The notes under the pieces were generated by a model. The model saw nothing but the letters and a program-made list of their open reading frames with translations, did not search any database and was not told the DNA's origin. Below, one piece after another: positions 56,588-64,000 of a stretch of 64,000 nucleotides of DNA (its first letter is position 1; each line of letters opens with the position of its first letter). Source of the DNA: Tubiluchus corallicola (taxonomy: Eukaryota; Animalia; Priapulida); contig JAQGDQ010000010.1 in the NCBI GenBank assembly GCA_030141605.1, positions 1,426,001-1,490,000 on the forward strand, read 5' to 3'. The position numbers and the translations under genes were made by a program.

Positions 56588-58569
56588 CTTGGTTTTCAAC
56601 TGCGTTGGTTGCAAAATCTGCAAAATCAAAACAAACAATTGCAGTAAACACCGAAGCACAGTAAACACAGCGTTCGTAGGGTTACCCTAAAAAGTTCAAC
56701 TGCTTAACTGTGTTCATTGTTCCTGTTTAAATCTATGTTCACATAACAATGTTAGATGTTCGCGTTTGTTGTTCGTACTTACTGTGTACGTTCACTGTCT
56801 GAGTTGGAGGTTTCTGAGTGCGTTTTGTGCTCGAAATTTGTGCTTTGTGTTCGTGTTTAACTTCAATGTTAGTCTTCATATTCACTGTTCATGTTTGCGG
56901 TGTTCAATTTGAAAATTGCATACATTATTTGTGTTCGTGATTTGTATTAACTATTCGTATTTTAGATTCGTGCTTTAGCTACTAACACAAAGCAATAAAA
57001 GCAACAAAGCAATCTCACTGTTTTTTATTCCTCACAAAACGTTCTGAAAAATCGGCGCCTCTTACATTATTGCTCAAAATTACGATGCGGCAATCATTCA
57101 TTCTGCCGCGATCATAAAAGCGTATTTCATTAGATCATAAACAGTTCAATAAAATCTAATTGACATCCATGTAAAGCAGAGCAGCGGAGATTTACAGATG
57201 AAAGATGATAAATAAAGCATAAAATTCATCTCGAGTGCTTGAAGTAGAATGCGATTATAATTCCATTATTTGCGAATGCATAATTTGTGGCAGTAATTAA
57301 ACATACGGACGACTAAGCAGATAAAAGAGTTTTCCAGTATTTTCACAATTTGTCATTTAGCATATTCATGTTGAGTCAGTTTTTCAACTAAATAAACCAC
57401 ATTTTGGCATCTTTCCAAAATTTATCTTTTACGAACTCCACGAAAATGGTAACTACGAGCAATTTACTGTTCACTGTCCACTGTTAGCAAACAAAGAATT
57501 CTCAGTGAAATTCATGGTAAATTATGTTTTTAATGCTTGTCTCAATGTCTCTATAATGAATTGATCCTGTTATGGAAGTATTTTACTTAGATACATTATC
57601 TACAAATGCTTTAGGTACAAGTCATGTACAAATGCCTGTCGAAACCAGACTCATAAACAACATGGCGGACGAATTATGCGCTGCACGTAATTCAACTTTT
57701 AGGAATTGCATGCAAAGATCTCGCACTCGGTCCTTGTAAGTGTTAATCAATCCTTTTACACATTGTGAACGCAGTGTCTTGGCCTGTTTAAATCTGATTA
57801 AGGCACAGAATTGTGCAGAGTAAACCTGAAAGAGATTTTTTTTAGATTTTGTTTTTTCCCTTTTTTAATAATTAATTGTCTTTATTTTGAAAGATTCCCT
57901 TTGTCGGTTTAGCACAAGAACAATAGTAAATCCTGAAAGCGAATGAAGCCTTTGATATGGGATATCAAAAATAAAGCGACTACAATCACACTGTCAGTGC
58001 TTTGGCTCGAAAAGAACTCGAAAAGCGCCCATTAACAGAATGCAGGCTGAGACAAAAACCTGCCAAAGCTCGGTTTCCGCTTTCAAGAGAATGCACTTAA
58101 TCAAACGCTTGCTCTAAGACCGCAGAGCGATTAGACAGACATCAAGCGTCTAAAAACTATCGTTAATTCCGACATGTCACGAAACGTAATCAGATACCGA
58201 GGCGCATCCATGACGTAAAACTGCGAGTACAAAGAAAGAATCCACATCTCAAGTTGTATGTGCAATGACGTTTCATAATTATTCTAGGCCAGGAGTGCAA
58301 TTGCGGGTCCATATTTCTAGTTGAGTACACAGTGACGTTTGATGAATTATTCCATGGCAAAAGTATGGGGTGTTTCAAAGGATCCTTATTATTTTTTAAA
58401 TATTAAAAATTGATCGCAATTACAACAGGAACCAAATACAATTTAGTTGCTGAGCCCACAATTAATGAGAATTGTAGTTGCATCAAACTATATAGTCTTC
58501 CGCAGCAATTTTATACGCCTGCATATCAGATTCTTTTTTATATATAGCCATGGAAGGAATTTATTTGCT

Positions 58570-58669
58570 TAACCCTAACCTTAGCCCTAATCATAACCCT
58601 AACCCTAACCCTAACCCTAACCCTAAACGTAACCCTAATCTTAATTCTAATTCTAATCCTAACCCTAAT
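58570..58669. repeat. Interstitial telomere-like (CCCTAA)n tract, partly degenerate
   Basis: TAACCCTAACCCTAACCCTAACCCTAACCCTAA core with variant units on both sides. Confidence 0.85.
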
Positions 58670-60640
58670 CTTAATGGACTTCTGGAGCTAATTTCTTGTG
58701 TGTAGGAATTGTAAACTTTGGCCATAGCCAACCAGCAATTTTACATCCCTGCTCTTGCTTCAGCACGGCAACAAAATAAAATGGCACAAAACTTCAAAAT
58801 AATGTAAACTCAAAAACATTCTCAATTACTGAGTAACAGGTGGCCACAAAAACAACGTTGGTCGGTCAGCGGAAAAAACTGATAATCAAATAGTGAATAA
58901 TTAATAGTGAAGCACTTTGTATAATAGTAGTCTATATTCATATTTTAAGATGTGTGCTCAGTGGCGTTTATTAATTATTCCTTAGCACGAGTAGATGGAC
59001 AACGGTACTTCCATTATATATGATACTATGTGTACACTGGTTTAGTAATTATTATATTATTATAAGGCGTAAGTGCAACGGCGAGGCTCTATTTGGGAGC
59101 AATGACTTATGCACAGTAAGATTTATTATTAAATTTCGACAGTCGTCAAAGCTAGTCTATTTTCGGCAGATGTATTTTACAAAGATATTTTCACGCGCAA
59201 CACAGCACAAACAGTTTCAAATACTTCTTCCATAAGTAACACTGGATACTTACATAACCATAAGCTGAGTGTCAACAAGTTATAAAATATTTTATTGATT
59301 TTAACAATCCAAGGCACACAATTGGAATTACAAATACAGAGAAGGATAAGGCCTGTGTTTCAATAATACAATAAGAAAAATATTAAATTTGCTTTATGTG
59401 ACGCATAGCTTTAAATGTCACGTCGCAATGGGAACGAGAACGGATTAACAATACCTGCAAAATCTAGTACTGATTGGATTTATATTGGTTATTATCAAAA
59501 GATTTGTCATATTTCACACTAAAATGCAATGAAGGCTTACATGGGTGATTTGTAAGACCTGTAGCAATGTGAAAAATTTACTCAGCTCAGTCTGCTAATA
59601 ATGTTATTGACTTACGTTTATTATTAGTATATTTAATCTTTTTGGTCTTCTTTGTATTTGCCATACATGTTTCTATTTATTATTTCCTCTCCATTGATAT
59701 TGCGGTGATACGTTAAAATAAAAATAGATGCAACTTCGCGTAATTGTTTTGTTGAATACCTCAAGTCAAGTCTTAACTTCTTAGTCTCGTCTGCAAAACA
59801 AGATATATAACAGACAAAACGAATTTTAATAACATTTATCTAAAAATTGTAGCAAGATCAATCAGACGAACGCAATAGTATAAAAATAATTTTGTATCAT
59901 TTTAGTCCCTGTTTTTTTCAATAAGCCGAAGGTAGGCAAACTAAGGATTTGCTCGTAACGTTTCACAACAAACTTGATACTTCAACAGTTACTAGTAACA
60001 TGACAAAAATTCCTAGACCTTGTCTTAGTAGCTTATTGACAAACACGTAAACCGTAAATAACTACATTAATTGCTAATATTGGCTTAACTATAGATAGAA
60101 GATGAAACAATTAGCTGCAGGTAAGTTAGCGTAGTGAAACAGACAATGGAAATTAAGGTAATTGTAGGAAAAAGTGCTAAAAAAGAAACAGAGAATTGAA
60201 AATGGAAAAAAGAGAACAGATTTACGGATTGCTTATTTCTTAATCATTATACCCCGGATAAACCAAATAGTCATTAAAAATCCAAACGTTCAATCAACAT
60301 CAAAGTCCGCCTCAAGCTGACAAATCTTGTAAAACTCATCAGGGCAAATTGCTGATTTAAATAAAAACTAATCAAGATGGTGTGTGTGCTGGCGCAGAGT
60401 GATATCCTCCATCTTTTAATCCTCACTCAAGACGTCTCAATAAGATGTTTCACCGATAAACTTTTTGCCAGTTTTATATGGAATGGGAAGCTGAATTTAA
60501 CTCATCAATCAAACTAGGCAACAATCAAGTGATATCAGGACTGATGCTGAACACTAAGTCTGCGCTTAAAAAACTCGATGCAATCTGGCAGTCTTGCAGG
60601 CTTGATCAGATGAAGAATGTTGCGAAATGTGCAAGTCTGT

Positions 60641-60825
60641 AATAATAACAATAATTTCCTTTAGGGCACATTCCAGGTATAACACCTTATATAAGTCAAT
60701 ATTTATTTCCAAATTATTATTACCCGCCAAAGGTGCCACTTTTTAAGTTTTTGATATGATTGCATCGGGAGTTGAACCTGCGACTTCCCGGATAGGAAGC
60801 ACGCTATCTTTGAGCTATGCCTGCC
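60641..60825 (-). mobile_element. Near full-length tRNA-derived SINE
   Basis: Minus strand reads GGCAGGCATAGCTCAAAGATAGCG (A box), GCAGGTTCAACTCCCG (B box), then TCATATCAAAAACTTAAAAAGTGGCACC core and a (TTA) tail. Confidence 0.75.
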
Positions 60826-63800
60826 GCAATCCACAAATATTCTTATCGCATGAACTCATGAGTTAGATAACCTTGTGGCGAGCTAAAAAATTAAATTGCA
60901 AAAAGCGCGTCACTACGAAGTATACATGAAGTACTTCAATGGAGTGCAAAGAGTAAAATTTTCCTCGTGAGTTTATATATGCTAGATTGATTTTACATAA
61001 GCTAAGTTAGAACCTCACCTAATCCTTTAATACTGTCGTCTTGAGCAATGCTTCCTTAATTAGCAAATAATTATAATTATCGCATAATATTTATTATCAC
61101 TACCACTGTCACCGTCATTATTGATTTAGCATCAAGTAAAAACACAGTAGCTGATCGAATTCGCTCAACGAGAGAATGGCAGCGTGACAAATCAAAAATC
61201 ATCCAGAACAAGTTAAATAGTTTATTCCGGCCTCCACCCATTTGTTTACTGATCGGTCCAGTGCTGCTTAACTTCGAAACCTGCAGTCTTTTCCACTCCT
61301 TTCGCCCCGCTAATTGCTACCGTTTGCCAGAGTATGAACTACCGTTAGTGAACTTTAAATGTTATCATAACTACAGATTTAAATGTAAAGTTAAACCACT
61401 CACTAGTAGGCATTAGCTTCACTTTAAGTACTGCTATAAGTGCCGTTAGCGTAATTTACAGTCCAGTATTATTTTCGTTACAATCACTGTTAGCTGCCGT
61501 ATCTGCACCACACAGCGAGTATCAAAATTAAGATTTTAAATTTCATTCTTCCTGCTCCTCTAATTACAGAATCACTTCCTGCATATTGGCCTGTCATCTT
61601 CAGGGTGGCAGCGCTTGAGTGTCTGCATCAAACGAATTTCTAGCAATTTGATTACAGGAATCTCAAAGCTTCAGTTTCAAACTGACAAACTGTAACAGAT
61701 AATAACTCATAATTGCAAGAATGATAACTTTTATAGATTCCTTAGTGTTCTTCACTGAAAAATAATTTCGCACTGAAGCATATGGCAAGATTATTTTCCT
61801 CGTTGCGTAAAGTCTCTGTTTTAATCACAAGGAGAGCCAAGGGCGCTATAAAGTTGTCGCTGTTGTTATTTTCGTGCATAAATTTTCATTTGGGTTTCTT
61901 AAAACCGTTACTTGTCCTAAACCGGATATGAGAAACTATTGCCGAGCACGATTAAAAATGTCATTAGATGCCGTTTAGTTGTTAAGTATTCGTGAGTTAT
62001 AGTTTCCAGGCCTTAAGCATTGATGTTAAATTTGCTAAAAAAGACTAAAAACGGGAGCAGATGTAACTCGTCCTAGTTGTCTACATTTGCATGTCTGTGG
62101 TCGGTGCTTAAGCACTGCGTTTCTGCACAGTTCTTGCCTTTGATGCAGCCACAATTGTTAAGCTAACAGAAAATTGTGAAATACACTAGGTCAGCTATTC
62201 TAAGACAAGGCACTTAAGTCTGGCTAGAAAAGTTAAAGCCCCCGCCGAAGCCGAATTTTGTAAACATTATATTATCCGCTCTTGTGATGAATACCTTATT
62301 GTTACCGCTTACTAATGTTTCGTAAACCATTATCAAAAACATTTATCGTTCCAGATGCAAAATGGCTCATTTGGGTGTAAACAATGGCAGTGAACAACTA
62401 CTTATTTCACCAAGAAAACAAACATGGTCGGCAAGGCAATGTGCAATAATTCAAATTTCAGGAGAATGGTCTTGAGTTTCTTCAGTGACTATATTAGAGT
62501 ATCTGCCACTTTAGTAATGCTCCTTATTTCCTTGCTGATACTGACACAAAAATATAGGCTAATTTTTGATGAGACATGCGCTTCAATGACAACCACATCA
62601 GTCACCTTGACTCTGTGTACATTTTGTTATACTGAATCAAAGGGCTGTCGGTGTATTATGTTAACTTTATTCTGGATTACTCAGCATGGAAACAGTAAAC
62701 TGTGAAGCCAGGAAATAACCAGATTCTAAATGCCTCATGCTGAAACTGAGACCAGGTGTTGCTTTTACCGAAATGCAATTAACAGGTAAACAGTAGGAGA
62801 GGAGACAGAGGTAACAATGCTATATATGTATAAGGAAAGTACATTGACTAGATTCAGTCATTAACGCGAGGAATTAGCTGTGCATTAAGTACGACGGAAG
62901 GCGGAAGGAGAAAAAGAAAGAGAGAATGCAACACCGAGAGCATGATCCCCCAGAGACAGACAGGAATGCAGACAAAGACTTGGTAGGACACAGACAGACA
63001 GTGCTTGTTGGCGGAAAAGGGGTTAAGAAAAAAAGATGAAATGATGAATAGGTGATCCAAGAAAAGAAAATACCCAAAAAAGAAAATAAACCAGAAGAAA
63101 ATGCAAGGAAAAGGGAAGGCTGCAACACAAGCAGTTTTTAGGCCCTTACGAAGGGTTGAACTTTGTGCTAATTTCATAGATCTGAGGTTCATTTATAGCA
63201 CCAAGGCGCTATTCTTGATGACAGATTAAATTACTGTGCGGAAACTGTAAAGGTTCATACTGCGGTTCTTTTTTGCAAAAATAGCCCCTCGGTGTCTGCT
63301 CCAACTTGTACGGAATTAGTGCCAGCTTGTTTTGTAACGCGAAACATGAACATGTCTACTTTTCGTGTTTTGATTCCTAAGTAAGTGAATCGGTGAAGTA
63401 AGTAGTGATCTTTTAAACTAAAAATCTGTTAAAATTTGCTGAGTCGTGTAATTAAAAGACGCTGCTACCTAGTTTTAATCATTTCCTCTCTGTGACACAG
63501 TAATTATGGAGCCATTTGCACGGGTTGATCTACTAGAAAGACAAACTCAGAGAAAGCAGTTAACTGGCTTCAGTTTCTTTCCGCGGTCTGACTCAAGCCT
63601 ACAGAAAGATAAAAGTTTGTTTTGGCAACAACTAATAAATACTATATGTCCTGTTAATTAGTACTTCTTGTTCACATCAGATGGAGTCGGGAGCTGGGCG
63701 TATAACTTTACAACATTATTCAGCTCAATTACTCATTACTCATTGCTCATTTTCAGTTTACATTATTTCGATAAAAAATTTCAGGATGAAATTAAATTTG

Positions 63801-63869
63801 CCCATACTATATCAGAGAGTAGAACAAGTTGTGCTTCAGAGGTCACTAGAAATAAAAAGCCTTGACGCT

Positions 63870-64000
<131 letters not shown>

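Overview
AT-rich, intron-containing metazoan genomic DNA, probably from a lophotrochozoan-type invertebrate. That assignment is inferred from TTAGGG-type repeats, tRNA-derived SINEs and an orexin/allatotropin-type receptor. Three spliced protein-coding genes can be reconstructed by hand. (1) A NOL4/NOL4L-like gene on the minus strand: three phase-0 coding exons at 20294-20019, 14166-14023 and 10566-10330, with no 3' exons recognised, so it probably continues past the left edge. (2) A complete aldo-keto reductase (AKR1-like) gene on the plus strand: 9 coding exons at 33099-41245 giving 311 aa, a probable GC-AG intron, and a possible upstream in-frame exon. (3) A complete orexin/allatotropin-receptor-like class A GPCR on the minus strand: 5 coding exons at 56587-44137 giving 406 aa, convergent with the AKR gene. 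Introns and intergenic DNA hold many microsatellites, SINE and LINE fragments, and non-autonomous DNA transposons, several with visible terminal inverted repeats (TIRs) and target-site duplications (TSDs). No prokaryotic-type system or CRISPR array is present, and no clearly new biological system can be proven from sequence alone. The most interesting candidates are complementary triplet repeats near both ends of a 5.85-kb GPCR intron, a near-perfect 170-bp hairpin, a TIR element filled by a symmetric compound microsatellite, and a 46-bp RTE-type insertion with an 18-bp TSD.
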